Position numbers and translations under genes: made by a program
NCBI RefSeq assembly: GCF_006345805.1
Contig: NC_043011.1
Span: 6,572,001-6,636,000 of the forward strand
Reading direction: 5' to 3'
From: Octopus sinensis
Taxonomy: Eukaryota
DNA: 64,000 bases
Notes under the pieces: model-generated
Seen by the model: the letters and a program-made list of their open reading frames with translations, nothing else
Told to the model about the DNA's origin: nothing
The model's database searches: none
Part shown: positions 1-13,086 of the stretch, piece after piece
How the letters are laid out: each line of letters opens with the position of its first letter
How positions within the stretch are numbered: the stretch's first letter is position 1

Positions 1-172
1 CCATGTACGCCATGGAAGCCCCCAGCATGTCGTCCAACATGCCATTGAATCACCAGCCACAAAGAGAAGGTCCCTGGTCGTTCGTCGATGAGTGGTCTGC
101 AGTAGGGTGTCATAGAAACTGTCTTTCTGTCCATCGGGTAGCCCTGGCTGAGGGGCATAGCCGATAATAATG
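1..172 (-). pseudogene. RTE-clade LINE apurinic-endonuclease fragment (frameshifted; runs off the window start)
   Basis: Minus-strand translation across frameshifts gives [24 protein letters not shown]...DLLFVAGD(F)NGHVGRHAGGFHGVH, matching the YAPQ / GDFNGHVG / GVHG motifs of RTE endonucleases; it ends at the TA array. Confidence 0.8.
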
Positions 173-175
173 GGT

Positions 176-936
176 TGCTAATCTATTATGAAGCATACAT
201 ACATATTATATATACATACATATATATATATATATATATAACATACTATATATATATATATATACATACATATATATATATACAACATATATATTATATA
301 CATACATATGTATATATACATACATATGTATATATATATATATATATATACATACATATATATATATATACATACATATGTAATATATATATATATATCT
401 ATACATACATATAATATAATACTACATATGTATACATACATATATATATATACATACATATATATATATACACATACATATGATACATACATCACATATG
501 TATATATATAAAATATAATACATACATATATATATACATACATATGTATACATACATACATATGTATATATTATATATATACAACATATGTATACATACA
601 TACATATGTATATATATATATATCATACATATGTTAATACACATACATACATATGTATATATATATATACGACATATGTATACATACATACATATGTAAT
701 ATATATATATATAATATACATACATATGGGATAAATACATATTATATATATATATATACATACATATGTATACATACATACATATGTATAATATATAATA
801 TTATATATATATACATACATATGTATATATATTATATATATATATATAGATATATACTACTATATATATATACATACATTGTACAACATACATATGTATA
901 TAATATACATATACATACATAATATCATATACATAC

Positions 937-1006
<70 letters not shown>

Positions 1007-1112
1007 TACATATATATACACATATGTATGTATGTATATATATATATATATATACATACTGTATGTATGTAATATATATATATATTATACATTGTATGTG
1101 GTATATATATAA
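176..1112. repeat. Long compound (TA)n/(TACA)n microsatellite array
   Basis: About 940 bp of TATA/TACATACA repeats; source of the spurious Y/I/H/M/C ORFs. Confidence 0.97.
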
Positions 1113-1118
1113 TAATAT

Positions 1119-1447
1119 CATCATCATCATCATTTAGCGTCCGTTTTCCATGCTAGCATGGGTTGACGGTTCACTGGGGTCTGGGAGCCCGAAGGCTGCA
1201 CCAGGCCAGTCAGATCTGGCAGTGTTTCTACAGCTGGATGCCTTCCTAACGCCACCACTCCGAGAGGGTAGTGGGTGATTTTAATGTGCCACCGACACAG
1301 GTGCCAGACGAGGCTGGCGAACGGCCACGCTCGGATGGTGTTTTTATGTGCCACCACACGGTGCCAGAACGAGTGGCAGACGGCCACGCTCGATTGTGTT
1401 TTTATGTGCCAACACCGACACAGGTGCCAGATGAGGCTGGCGGACGC
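1119..1447 (-). mobile_element. RTE LINE 3' end / RTE-tailed SINE with internal minisatellite
   Basis: (CAT)n tail then TTTAGCGTCCGTTTTCCATGCTAGCATGGGTTG...CTGGATGCCTTCCTAACGCC; about 3 tandem units containing GTGCCAGACGAGGCTGGC..ACGGCCACG. Confidence 0.8.
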
Positions 1448-1466
1448 CATATATATATATAATACA

Positions 1467-1845
1467 CTAGCAGTATCGCCCGCGTTGCTCAGGTTTGTAA
1501 GGGAAATAACTATAAAGCATTTTTAGAGAGTTATAGCCAAAAAATAGCAAAAAAATGGAAAAAATGATGGTAATTTTTTCTTTTAGTTAAAAAAAGGTGG
1601 GGTTGCGTCCCCTAGACAGTTTGTGGGTTGTGTTTCTGATTCTTGACCCCATGTCGAATTTATCGATTTTTTTCAGAACTGGGGAACTTTTCAAAATTTT
1701 CGCTGCGTTAGTTTTGAATAGGACATTGGGCTATTGTTTGTCAGTTTTCATCAGAATCGGTTGAAAGCCGTGGTCAGGGTGAGGGTACAAGCAAACAGAC
1801 ACACAGAAACACGCACAGACAAACTGCCGTTTATATAGAGAGAGA
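1467..1845 (-). mobile_element. Apparently complete non-autonomous Helitron (~380 bp)
   Basis: Minus strand reads A|TC (1845-1844) ... CCTGAGCAACGCGGG hairpin, 8-nt spacer, CTAG|T (1470-1467): canonical Helitron termini at an A^T target inside a TA array. Confidence 0.8.
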
Positions 1846-2323
1846 TATGTATGTATGTATGTTATTATATATATATTATCTATATATATATATAGATATA
1901 TACATATTATGTATGTATAATACATAGTATGTATGTATACATATGTATGTATTATATATATAGATATAATATCTAATGTATGTATATATATATATGTATA
2001 TATATATATATACATACATATCTATATATACATATATGTAGCATACATATAGTATATATATATACATATATATATATACATACATACATATGTATACACA
2101 TACATAAATGTTACATACATATAGGTATCCTATATACATATATATATATATATAATATATATATATATCTATATATATATACATACATACATACATATGT
2201 ATTATATATATATATATATATACATACATATGTATATATATATATATATATATATCTATACATACATATGGATATATATATATATATATCATTACACATA
2301 CATACATATTTATATATATATAT

Positions 2324-2354
<31 letters not shown>

Positions 2355-2368
2355 AGATATACACACAC
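1846..2368. repeat. Compound (TA)n/(TACA)n microsatellite array
   Basis: Directly visible low-complexity tract. Confidence 0.95.
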
Positions 2369-3753
2369 GTTCTAGACATCCTTTGTGTTTAATATATCAT
2401 GTTCTCCCATGTACACTTTACTATTTTCATGTGTGCATGTGTGAGTGTTTACTCGTTGGTAATGTTTTTTTTTGTGTAAATGCATAAATGTAGAAGTTTT
2501 CCCAAATAAATCCTACTTCATGTTTGTGGCTCCAATGAAGCCACAACACACTCAACTACGACCCCACTGCATCTGATAGCAGAAACAGCTGTAAGCTATT
2601 GAGATTCATAAGAGAATCATTTATTCCTTTCTCATTTCATTTTCTTTACACACACACACAAAAACACACACACACACACAGAAATCCTCAGTAAATCACA
2701 CAATTTACATAACACACCCTACATCTACACAGTACACACCTGTACATACACAATTATACCATACTCTCATGTAGAGTCATTCATGCCATTCCCAAGGATG
2801 TTATTACCACCTGAAGTGAAACAAATATATGTATCATCAGGGAAAATAAGCTAGATAACAGATTACTGATGAAAGCTTATCTCCTGAAGTTCTATAAGAC
2901 CAAAAGTATTTCAGCTATGGCCACCCATCCTGTTTTATATTCAGATTTAGTTTATCTAAAAGAGCAATGTGCAGTCTGAGGGAAACTTGACAGTTATTTT
3001 TTTCGTTGTTAAGTGACTATGTTGAAGCTATCTTCTTGGTCAATGTTTTTAGTACATAGAATATAAGGAACTAACATAAAAGCCTTTGAAGACAGCAATA
3101 ATTGCTGTTACAAGCCATAATTTTTGTATGATGGATGTAATTATTTAGATACCTTTAAAAACAGATAATACCTACACAAGTAAACTTTCTGTCCTATCAT
3201 AATGACTACAGAACCATCATTAATTTTTAAGGCAAGAAACAAGAAATTACAACCAAAACTTACAATCTCAACAATTTGGTGAGGTTTTCAAAAGTCCCTG
3301 GTTCAATGCTTTCAATTTGATTGTGGCTCAGATCTCTGCAAAAGAAAACAGGTTTTTAGAGATAAGGATTTGATAAAACACAAAACAGTAATCAAAACAA
3401 TAATGTCTTAATGTGAACAAATCATACATTTCCACTTTCTGCTTGTCAAAGAGCTGCATCTTGCAGAATTTTCCGACAACGACGATGACGAAGAAGCAGA
3501 AAAACAACAACAACAACAACATTCAAGGAAAGCAGAAAATGGAGATATGATTTTCTGCTTTCCTTGAATATTGATAAACTTTAGTTTATTTTTGTCATTA
3601 CCTATCATTTATGAGCATTAATACCGATGCTCATGATTAAATATAGGTAATACACCTGTGGATTCATTGGATACATGTGACCCTTAAATGGTTGTTATAA
3701 CCTCTAACTTAACTCACATAATAATAATAATAATAATAATAATGATGATGATG

Positions 3754-4340
3754 TAAACCATCCTGAAGCTGTGGCTGAGGGAGAAAATATGTTGATTCTA
3801 TGGGACTTCCCCGTACATACCGACAAAACTATAAAAGCTAATAAACCGGATATTGTCATAAAAGATCAGACAAAAAGGATGTGTTTATTAATTGAGATGA
3901 GTATTCCTTGTGATCACAATATTGCGGCAAAAGAATTTGATAAGATTAGTAAATGTAAAGACTTGCTAATAGAAATTGAAAAAATGTGGCATCTCAAGGC
4001 GACTACAGTACCAGTGATTGTAGGATCTCTAGAAATGATAAAAAAGGTACTGAAACCTATTTGAAAATGATTCCAGGTTTACCATCCCTACAGGAAGTGC
4101 AAAAAATCATGTTAACTGGAACAGCTCATGTACTGAGAAGAGCATTATCGCTGGGAAAACAACATCCATTCAGGAATTTATTTATTTATTTATTTTAAAA
4201 AAAAGTATTTTATCTGTGAATTTGCGTGTGTAATCTGGGAATACATACAATGAGCTTCTCTGCCCTAGGTGTACGGAAAACACTCGGCGAGAAACGGAAG
4301 AAAATTTGAAGAAAGAAGGAAAAAATAATGATAATAATAA
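3754..4340 (+). mobile_element. 5'-truncated RLE-type non-LTR retrotransposon (R4/Dong- or Hero-like): restriction-like endonuclease C-terminus plus 3' UTR
   Basis: LWDFPVHTDKTIKANKPDIVIKDQ..MCLLIEMSIPCDHNIAAKEFDKISKCKDLLIEIEKMW..VPVIVGSL, frameshift in the A-run near 4040, then YLKMIPGLPSLQEVQKIMLTGTAHVLRRALS (PD-(D/E)xK signature). (TAA)n at 3720-3743 and 4325-4343. Confidence 0.85.
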
Positions 4341-4448
4341 TAAACTCCAAAAACAAAAACAGATGTAGTAGTGAAATGAAGACATGAGAATAAACACTTT
4401 ATAAAAAACACAGCAGATATAATCTTATTGCGGTGTTGTAATAAACAA

Positions 4449-4805
4449 CGTAGGTGCAAGCATGTTATGTGGTAAGAAGTTTGCTTCCCAACAACTTGGT
4501 TGTAGGTTCAGTCCCCCTGCACAGCACTTTGGGCTGACCAAAGTGGATTTGGTAGACTGAAACTTAAAGAAGCCTGTCGTGTGTGTGTGTGTGTATGTCT
4601 TTGTGCCTATGTTTGCACCTGCACAACCACTTGATGTTCAGTATTGGTTTGTTTACATCCAAGTAATTTAGCAGGCAAAAAGAGTCCAATAGACTGATAG
4701 AATAAGTCCTGGGGGGGGGGGTGATTCATTTGACTAAAGTGTTTTTCAAGGTGGTGCCCCAGCATGGCCTCAGTCTAATGACAAAACAAGTAAAAGATAA
4801 AAGAA
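4449..4805 (+). mobile_element. tRNA-derived SINE family A, diverged copy
   Basis: A-box-like TGTGGTAAG, B-box-like GGTTCAGTCCC, internal (TG)n, tail AAACAAGTAAAAGA. Confidence 0.75.
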
Positions 4806-5369
4806 CTAATTATCATTTTGTTTTGTGATGTTCATTTAGGAGAAAGGACAGAATCTGCTTTTGATGATCTTTCAAGGTGGGGGGGAGGGGGGCAGTCTTC
4901 CAACTGAAGACAGGGACTAAAAACTTACAGCCGAGTGGACACCTGACATGCCCAAGTATGACTGTGGCCACGCTGGGGCACCGCCTTGAAGAATTTTAGT
5001 TGAATGAATTGATCCCAGGACTTATTCTATCAGTCTCTTTTGCTGAACTGCTAAGTTACAGGAACATAAACACACTAACACTGGTTGTCAAGAGGTAGAA
5101 ATACAGACACAAAAACATATACATGGATATATATATATATATTTGTTGAAATAGAAAGATGAATTTTCTTGTAACAGATTATTCAAAGGTGTGCCTCTGT
5201 TTTGTTTTGTCCTGTCAACGGAATTCCTGTTTTTTTCCTGAAGAGAAAGCTGCAATATGGTACCCTTATTTAAACAGAATTTGGAAATTTGTGGCCTTCG
5301 AAACATGTGTAGAATGTAATAAAAGGTATTCTGTACAATCTTCGTTCAACTCCATTTATTCCATTCACT

Positions 5370-5427
<58 letters not shown>

Positions 5428-5991
5428 ACCATAATAAATGTGACTGTCAGTGTGTCACATTTTTTCAACTTTACTCCTACAGGCCATAGCCAAACATGTT
5501 ATACCATTTTAGAATCAGGCAAACTCCATGAATAAATTAAAAACATTCTGAGCCGAATCCGGACCCACAATCCTGAAATTTTGGATTCCCAATTTTTCAT
5601 TACGGACATACAAAGAAAAAAAAAAATTAAGGGGAGATAACTAATAAAAGAAGCAAAGGGAAGTAAGCCAATTTATTTAACTTACCAAAATTAGTTTAGT
5701 TTGGAATTGGAAATCAATTGATTTCCCATGGAAGACCAGCAGCAGTTTATTGTCACTGAATGGAAATCCTCAATTGCAAAACAATGTTAGAAGAGGTTAT
5801 AACAACCATTTAAAGGTTACTTGTATCCAATGAATCCACTGGTGTATTTAATCATGTGGCCTTATTGTTGGTGATATTGTTGTTGGAAAATTCTGGTACT
5901 GCAAGCTTTGTAAGATGCGAAAATCAATCTGTCACAGGTCATACTTTGGACAGTATTGATGCTAATGGGAAACCAGTGATTGTGGAGAGAG

Positions 5992-6210
5992 TTCAAAAGC
6001 CTTCAATTTCTAGTGTGAGTGAGTTATGCACTGTCAATCAATAGGTTCCAAGTACAACTATTGAAAGTAACTGGGCTTCATCTGATAGAACTGCGCTTTT
6101 CTCATGGCCAGTTCTATGTTGGTTGTTCAAGGGTTGAGAATGGAAAGAAGCTTTTTGTACTGACCCCGAATGGGAAGACGAAAAATGTCGTTTATCATGC
6201 AGCTTTGCAA
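5992..6210 (+). pseudogene. Helitron RepHel PIF1-type helicase C-terminal fragment (degenerate)
   Basis: FKSLQFLV*VSYALSINRFQVQLLKVTGLHL...FSHGQFYVGCSRV..KKLFVLTPNGKTKNVVYHAAL, corresponding to the FKRLQFPV...AMTINKSQGQSL / FSHGQLYVACSRV helicase motifs. Confidence 0.85.
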
Positions 6211-6299
6211 TTTGTTCCAAATAGACAAATTACATTCATTGTTTTAATGAAAACTTAATTATTTGTAAAATATTGTTCAAGTTTATTAAAATTTAATAT

Positions 6300-6710
6300 A
6301 TAGGCGCAGGAGTGGCTGTGTGGTAAGTAGCTTGTTTACCAACCACATGGTTCCAGGTTCAGTCCCACTGCGTGGCATCTTGGGCAAGTGTCTTCTACTA
6401 TAGTCTCGGGCCGACCAAAGCCTTGTGAGTGGATTTGGTAGACGGAAACTGAAAGAAGCCTGTCGTATATATGTATATATATATATATGCGTGTATGTTT
6501 GTGTGTCTGTGTTTGTCTCCCTAGCATTGTTTGACAACCAATGCTGGTGTGTTTATGTCCCCGTCACTTGGCGGTTCGGCAAAAGAGACCGATAGAATAA
6601 GTACTGGGCTTACAAAGAATAAGTCCCAGGGTCGAGTTGCTCGAATAAAGGCGGTGCTCCAGCATGGCCACAGTCAACTGACTGAAACAAGTAAAAGAGA
6701 GTAAAGAGTA
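6300..6710 (+). mobile_element. tRNA-derived SINE family A, full length
   Basis: Head TAGGCGCAGGAGTGGCTGTGTGGTAAG, B box GGTTCAGTCCC, internal (TA)n(TG)n, tail GACTGAAACAAGTAAAAGAGAG. Confidence 0.92.
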
Positions 6711-6806
6711 TACTCAATGCATGAGTTATCATTTTTGGGCTGAAGGCCCAATAAAGATCCCTCCACAGGAGCTAGCTTAAAAGCTGCTCAATAGGCCAGC
6801 TTTTAA

Positions 6807-7018
6807 CCCTTTCGTTACCAACCCGACTGAAACCGGCTCTGGATCTGAGTACAAATGTCTTGCTTTCATAAGTTTTGAATTAAAATCTTCCTCCAAATCT
6901 TAGTCACAATTTATGTTCCTATCATGATAACTAAGTTATTTTGATAAATTCTTTGTTATATTTAAAATTAATTGAGAGAAACACAGAGCATCTCAAAATA
7001 AATACAGTAACGAAAGGG
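6807..7018. mobile_element. piggyBac-like MITE family 1
   Basis: TTAA at 6803-6806 and 7019-7022; TIRs CCCTTTCGTTAC...GTAACGAAAGGG; second copy at 44965-45162. Confidence 0.9.
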
Positions 7019-7829
7019 TTAAACCAGTATATATATATATATATACACACACACTCACACACTACAGGCTTCTTTCTGTTTCCATCAACCAAATCCACTC
7101 ACAAGGCTTTGGTTGGCTCAAGGCTATAGCAGAGATCCCATGCCCAAGGTTACATGTGGTTGGGAAGCAAACTTCTTACCACACAGCCATATCTGCACCA
7201 TATGCAATGTGTGTATGCACATGTGCACAGTGTATGATTTAATTTTTGCATCTGCGCACCTTTGAGTGCAACAAGTGTATCTGCATTGCATGTGTGCACC
7301 ACACGAGTTAAATACCCAGTAATGGCAATCAATAATAATAGTAGATAATTCCCAGTTTAAAAGTCTCCGGTTCCAATCAACAATATTTGAATTTAAAAAG
7401 AGAAAACCTGAAAACATTAGGATAAAGCTGTCCATTATGTAACATTTGAAGTGCTTTAATTTCATGCTGCTTGACAGAAAGACAGAAATAATGGATTTAG
7501 AATAAATACTCATTTATCTCTGGCTAAAAAGAAAAGAAAAATAATGGTTTATTAAATAAGCGAATTGTAAGAACGGTAAAAGATAATTAGAAGCATGAAA
7601 ATACAATGAATAATCATTGCTTCCATAGAAGTGTTTTGTGTACAGGTGTATATATCCATAGATGCTTGAATATGTGTGTGTTAGTGTATATATGTGTACA
7701 TGTATAATTCTAATGACCATTTTCAATTTTTGCATATACAAACGCACAGTATATATATATATTATATATATATATATATATTATATATATATGTATGTAT
7801 GTATATATATATATGTATATATATATATA

Positions 7830-8160
7830 TAGGCGTAGGAGTGGCTGTGTGGTAAGTATCTCATTTATCAGCCACATGGTTCCGGGTTCAGTCCCACTGC
7901 GTGGCATCTTGGGTAAGTATCTTCTACTATAGCCTCGGACCGACCAAAGCCTTGTGACTGGATTTGGTAGACAGAAACTGAAAGAAGCCTGTCGTATATA
8001 TGTATATATTTATATATATATATGTGTGTGTATATATGTTTGTGTGTCTGTGTTCGTCCCCCCCAACATCGCTTGACAACCAATGCTGGTGTGTTTACGT
8101 CCCCGTAACTTAGCAGTTTGGCAAAAGAGACCCATGGAATAAGTACTAGGGTTACAATTT
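7830..8160 (+). mobile_element. SINE family A, 3'-truncated
   Basis: Same head and body as 6300-6710. Confidence 0.88.
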
Positions 8161-8204
8161 GGGTGGACAGAGGGGGATATGATAAGTGTTTATCTTTTAT
8201 CTTT

Positions 8205-8550
8205 TGTTTGTTTCAGCCATGAGACTGTGGCCATGCTGGAGCACTGCCTTAAGTTTTTAGTCAAATGAATATTTTTTAAAAACTTGGTACTTATTCTATT
8301 GATCTCTTTTGCCAAACTGCTAAGTTATGGGGACGTAAGCAAACCAACACACCTGTTGTCAAGAAGTGGTGTGGGACAAACAGATACAAAGATACACTCA
8401 TATCGATATATATATATACGACAGGCTTTTTTCAGTTTCCATCTAGCAAATTCACTCACAAAGCTTTGGCCAGTTTCAAGCGATAGTAAAAGGAAACTTG
8501 TCCAAAGTACCATGCAGTGGGACTGAACCCGGAACCATGTGGTTTGAAAG
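8205..8550 (-). mobile_element. SINE family A, diverged, inverted relative to 7830-8160
   Basis: TTTGTTTCAGCCAT..CCATGCTGGAGCAC...GGGACTGAACCCGGAACCATGTGG. Confidence 0.8.
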
Positions 8551-9369
8551 CAGCCATACACACACACAAAAAAAAAGAAAAAAAGAAAGGAAAAGAAAGT
8601 ACTTTCAATTTTATTATGAGAAACATTTGTAAATTAAACAAATGTATGAAATTAATGGCAATTAGCTGGCTGAGTAAATCACTGAAATTACACACACACA
8701 CAAGTAATAACTGTGTTCTAAAAATGCATATTTTATCTGAATGTCAGCTTAATTTCAGGTTTGTAAATTGGAAGGGTGGGTTGGTTGTTGCTGATTTTGT
8801 TGAATAACAATAATGCCAACAACAATAAATAGAATTCCATTTTTCTCTATATATATACATTGAAGTCAGCGTTTGTAAATTCATAGATAAACTCTTAAAT
8901 ATTTTATTTGCAGTTAATTTTGTAATGGAAAATAGATTTTTTTTTAATCACTTAAAATCTATATTTATTTCATTTTAGGAGTTTGGAATATAACACACAC
9001 ACACACACACAACACACACACAGAGAAATGGTTGGATGTGGATGGATAAACAGACAAATGCAGAAGGTGATTAGATGGAGAGTTTGGTAGATACGGATGA
9101 GATGATATAGGGTTAGAGAGAGATAGATAGATAGATAGAGAGACTAGAGTTAGATAGAGAAAGGGTTAGGACAGAGTTACATAAATATATCTCAACATTA
9201 TCCTGTAATGTCCATTTCCCATGCTGGCATGGGTTGGACGTTTCCACCAAAGCTGGTAAGCCGGGTGGGGTGGGAGGGGGACACTGACAACTTTACAGAG
9301 TGTACTGGGAGATTTTTTGCAGGGCACCAGTGTTTTTTGGGTGTTTGTGTGTGTATGTCTCTCTCTGTC

Positions 9370-9445
<76 letters not shown>

Positions 9446-9879
9446 ATCTATTACATATGTGGGAAATTTTGTCTGTGGGTGTGTTTGTGGAGTTGTTAGC
9501 TACCTCCTCCTCCAACGTTTCATCGATTTTGATGAATTTTGACATGTGAGTAGAACTCATGTCTGGAAACCTCATGGTATACTTAGATTGTTGAAAAAAA
9601 AATCGATAATAGGGCCCCTGGAAGGGATCCTTTTATTCCCAGAACCCCGGTCGAACCGTCCAACCCATGCTAGCATGGAGAACGGACGTTAAACGACGAT
9701 GATGATATTTCATTTTAACAGCCAAGGCAAATAACCCATTCATTTTCCTAAATCATTTGGTATAAATCAAATTGAGTATGCTTATTTCTTAATATTTGAA
9801 CTGAGTTATTTTTGCAATTTATCCAGTACAACACTTAAACAAGTAAATAGTATTTTCTGAAACAACAGATCCGCTTATT

Positions 9880-10378
9880 TCGGTTAGTGACTTATTCACG
9901 AATATACCAACACTAGCGCCGCTGAGACTAATATTCTCTGGGAACGCACACAAGCCCTTTTCAGAGTTATTTACTTTCAATTGTTATTATCACATATCTG
10001 ATTAGCCTGTTATAACGTAACATGCTTCATGATTTTAGTATTCATACCTTATTAGTATTTCCTCCAAAGTTCTATATACTCTGGGAACGCATTAAAGCCC
10101 TTTTCGGAGCTACTTTATTTGAATTCTTACTATCGGGTAACTAATTTCATGTCATTACATAACTGACTTCACAATTTGGGCATTCATAACTTATTGGGAA
10201 TTCCTAAAAACAAAACAAGATCCTATGTAAGAGAGTTTGGTATTCTCTTTAAATGCACAAAAACCGTTTCAAGGGCTACATACTTTGTATTGTTGTTATT
10301 GGATTAGCGAAACAATTATGAGAATGGAACCAAGGGATAAGCCCCGCTTTCCCGGGAATTACCGGGTACGTCAGCTAG
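9880..10378 (+). mobile_element. Helitron-derived fragment with intact 3' terminus (5' boundary uncertain)
   Basis: Hairpin CCCGG-GAATTA-CCGGG (10351-10366), 8-nt spacer, CTAG (10375-10378), then T; internal diverged ~140-bp duplication starting CTCTGGGAACGCA. Confidence 0.65.
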
Positions 10379-10639
10379 TACACACACACACATATATAAA
10401 TGAATGTACAATTCATAGGAAAGATTCAGGGGAATAATTACAAGGTCGTTAAATGTTGCTTAAGTGTCCCAGGAAACAAGGGTCACATTTGTGCGGGATT
10501 TGATTCTGGAGAGAAGTGAGACATATTTAGGAGTGAATAGGAAAACTGAAAATGGGGACAAATGCTCAAGACGTAATTAAATCATAAATGGTTTAATAGC
10601 ATCTTGAGTGTTTGTCTTCATCTTCAATTTTCCTATCTC

Positions 10640-11190
10640 TATGTGTGGTTGAGTTCCCTTCATGTGTTGGGCCTCACGGAGGCAATGACCGAGACTGTTG
10701 GCATTATGTTGTACTTGAGAAAAAGGCCCAAAAAACTGAGCAAAATTGTAGTAATGGCAGATACTGGTGTCACGCAAATGACACCTGTGCCAGCGGCACA
10801 TAAAAGCACCCATTACATTCTCAGAGTGGTTGGCATTAGGCAACCAGCCACAGAAAACTATGCCAAATCAGACAGGAGCCTGGTTCAGCCTTCCAACATG
10901 CTAGCTCTGGTCAAACTGTCCAACCCATGCCAGCATGGACAACAGATGTTAAATGATGATGATGATGATATACACACACACATCAGGTGCAGTAAAATCA
11001 TTCAAACATACAGGCATGTCCTTTGCCGGTGCCACATAAAATGCACTTGTGCTGGCATTATGAAGGGCGTCCATCCATAGAAACCATCCCAAAACAGACA
11101 AATGGAATCTGGCCAGCTCCTGTCAAACCATCCAACTCATGCCAGCATGGAAAACAGACATTAACTGATGATGATGATGATGCTGATGAT
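10640..11190 (+). mobile_element. RTE LINE 3' end (ORF C-terminus plus 3' UTR, duplicated tail)
   Basis: LHVLGLTEAMT resembles the RTE ORF end; followed by CAACCCATGCCAGCATGG...TTAAATGATGATGATG tails near 10970 and 11185. Confidence 0.8.
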
Positions 11191-11999
11191 ACATACATGA
11201 GAGAGAGAGAGAGAGTGACAGAGTTACTTAAATAGAGAGAAATAGAGTTCTATAGAGAGATATACATGCATGTACAGAGAAAGAGAGAAGCAGATGTAGA
11301 AATGGAGGGACGGTTACATAACTGAAATAATATACATACATACATATATATATATATATGTATATATATATATGTGTGTATACCAACACATATATGTATA
11401 CATATGTGTGTTTGTATATATACACAAACACATATATGTATACATATGTGTGTGTGTGTATATACACAAACACATATGTATACATATGTGTGTGTGTGTG
11501 TATACACACATATACAAGGAAACCATGTGATCGATTGTAAAGCACCACCAGCATGTAACAGGAATATTTTAAAGAGAGTGAGAAAGAAAAGGATTTTATT
11601 TTTGGTGTTGTAAGAACTAACAATGACGTCTGTTTGACTGTTTTATATTTCACAGTTGGATATTAGTTTATTAATTCCTGTTGTAGTCTATTTTAATTAA
11701 CTTTATTACAGAAACAGAGATTTCAAACTGAGTTTGAATGAGGAGCAAATAATTTATGAGCAGAGGTGGTGGCGGCGGTGGCGTAGATATAGATTTTTAA
11801 ACAAAATACATATATGCACACATACGAAAAGAAATATAGACATGCGTACATATATACGGAGAGAGAGAGAGACACATACATACATACACATAAACGTCTT
11901 TAGACATATACACTCTCTCATTCATACTAAACATACATGAACACATACAAGAATGTACACACGTCTGGTATACAAAATAAATGTGTGCTTGTGTGTGTA

Positions 12000-12046
<47 letters not shown>

Positions 12047-12049
<3 letters not shown>

Positions 12050-12609
12050 GGTGCAGGAGTGGTTGTGTGGTAAGTAGCTTGCTTGCCAACCACATGGTTT
12101 CGGGTTCAGTCCCACTGCATGGCACCTTGGGGAAGTGTCTTCTACTATAGCCTCAGGCTGACCAAAGCCTCGTGAGTGGATTTGGTAGATGGAAACTGAA
12201 AGAAGCCTGTCGTATATATGTATATATATATATATGTGTGTGTACATGTTTGTGTGTCTGTGTTTGTCCCCGCAACATCGTTCGACAACCGATGCTGGTG
12301 TGTTTGTGTCCTTAGCAGTTCGGCAAAAAGACACCGATAGAATAAGTACTAGGCTTACAAAGAATAAGTCCTGGGGTCGATTTGCTCGAGTAAAGGCAGT
12401 GCTCCAGCATGGACTGAAACAAGTAAAAAAAAAAAATCAAGATATATATAGGAGTGGCTGTGTGGTAAGTAGCTTGTCCACCAACCACATGGTTCCGGGT
12501 TCAGTCCCACTGCATGGCACCTTGGGCAAGTGTCTTCTACTATAGCCTCGGGCCGACCAAAGCCTTGTGAGTGGATTTGGTAGACGGAAACTGAAAGAAG
12601 CCCGTCGTA

Positions 12610-12647
<38 letters not shown>

Positions 12648-12855
12648 TGTGTGTCTTTCTCCCCCTAGCATTGCTTGACAACCGATGCTGGTGTGCTTAT
12701 GTCCCCGTTACTTAGTGGTTTGGCAAAAGGGACCGATAGAATAAGTACTGGGCTTACAGAAAAGAATAAGTCCCGGCGTCGAGTTGCTCGATTAAAGGCG
12801 GTGCTCCAGCATGGCTGCAGTCAAATGACTGAAACAAGTAAAAGAGTAAAGAGTA
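12047..12855 (+). mobile_element. Two tandem SINE family A copies (12047-12430, 12449-12855)
   Basis: Two successive heads (TAGGTGCAGGAGTGG, TAGGAGTGGCTGTGTGG) and tails, embedded in (TA)n. Confidence 0.92.
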
Positions 12856-12913
12856 TATATATATATATATATTGTGAAGGCTAGACAGGCATCTCAACCA
12901 GCAGGTTCACTAT

Positions 12914-12958
12914 CCTGGGCTGATGACGGGTAGACCCAGAAACATGCATGTTCTCAGG
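12914..12958 (+). ncRNA. Type I hammerhead ribozyme fold (PLE/retrozyme-like), predicted cleavage GUU after 12952
   Basis: Stem I CCTGGG/CTCAGG; core CTGATGA (12920-12926); stem II GGG-TAGA-CCC closed by a C.A mismatch; GAAA; palindromic helix III ACATGCATGT. Confidence 0.7.
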
Positions 12959-13086
12959 TGGGGATGCTTGCCTCCCCTTCGTAAATATATAAGGACACAG
13001 GAAATGCATCGATGCTTCCTAGGGCTAAACAGCGGTGGTGTAATTCCCTTACAGGACTGTCACATTATGTTGACAGTATACAACCA

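Noticed and set aside
175-2375. Many 60-140-aa ORFs rich in Y/I/H/M/C/V (also 11228-11613, 21516-21795, 35852-36640, 36874-39619, 61289-61916)
   Set aside because: They are translations of (TA)n, (CA)n, (GA)n and (TATC)n microsatellites, which lack stop codons in some frames.
2571-2600. GAAAC-AGCT-GTA hammerhead-like half motif; also CTGATGA motifs at ~47042, ~35770 (minus) and ~59760/59905 (minus)
   Set aside because: Stem II, G12 or stem I is missing or broken; at best decayed remnants.
6286-6537. Recurrent ORFs such as ...RQASFSFRLPNPLTRLWSARGYSRRHLPK...
   Set aside because: They are translations of SINE family A, repeated at every copy.
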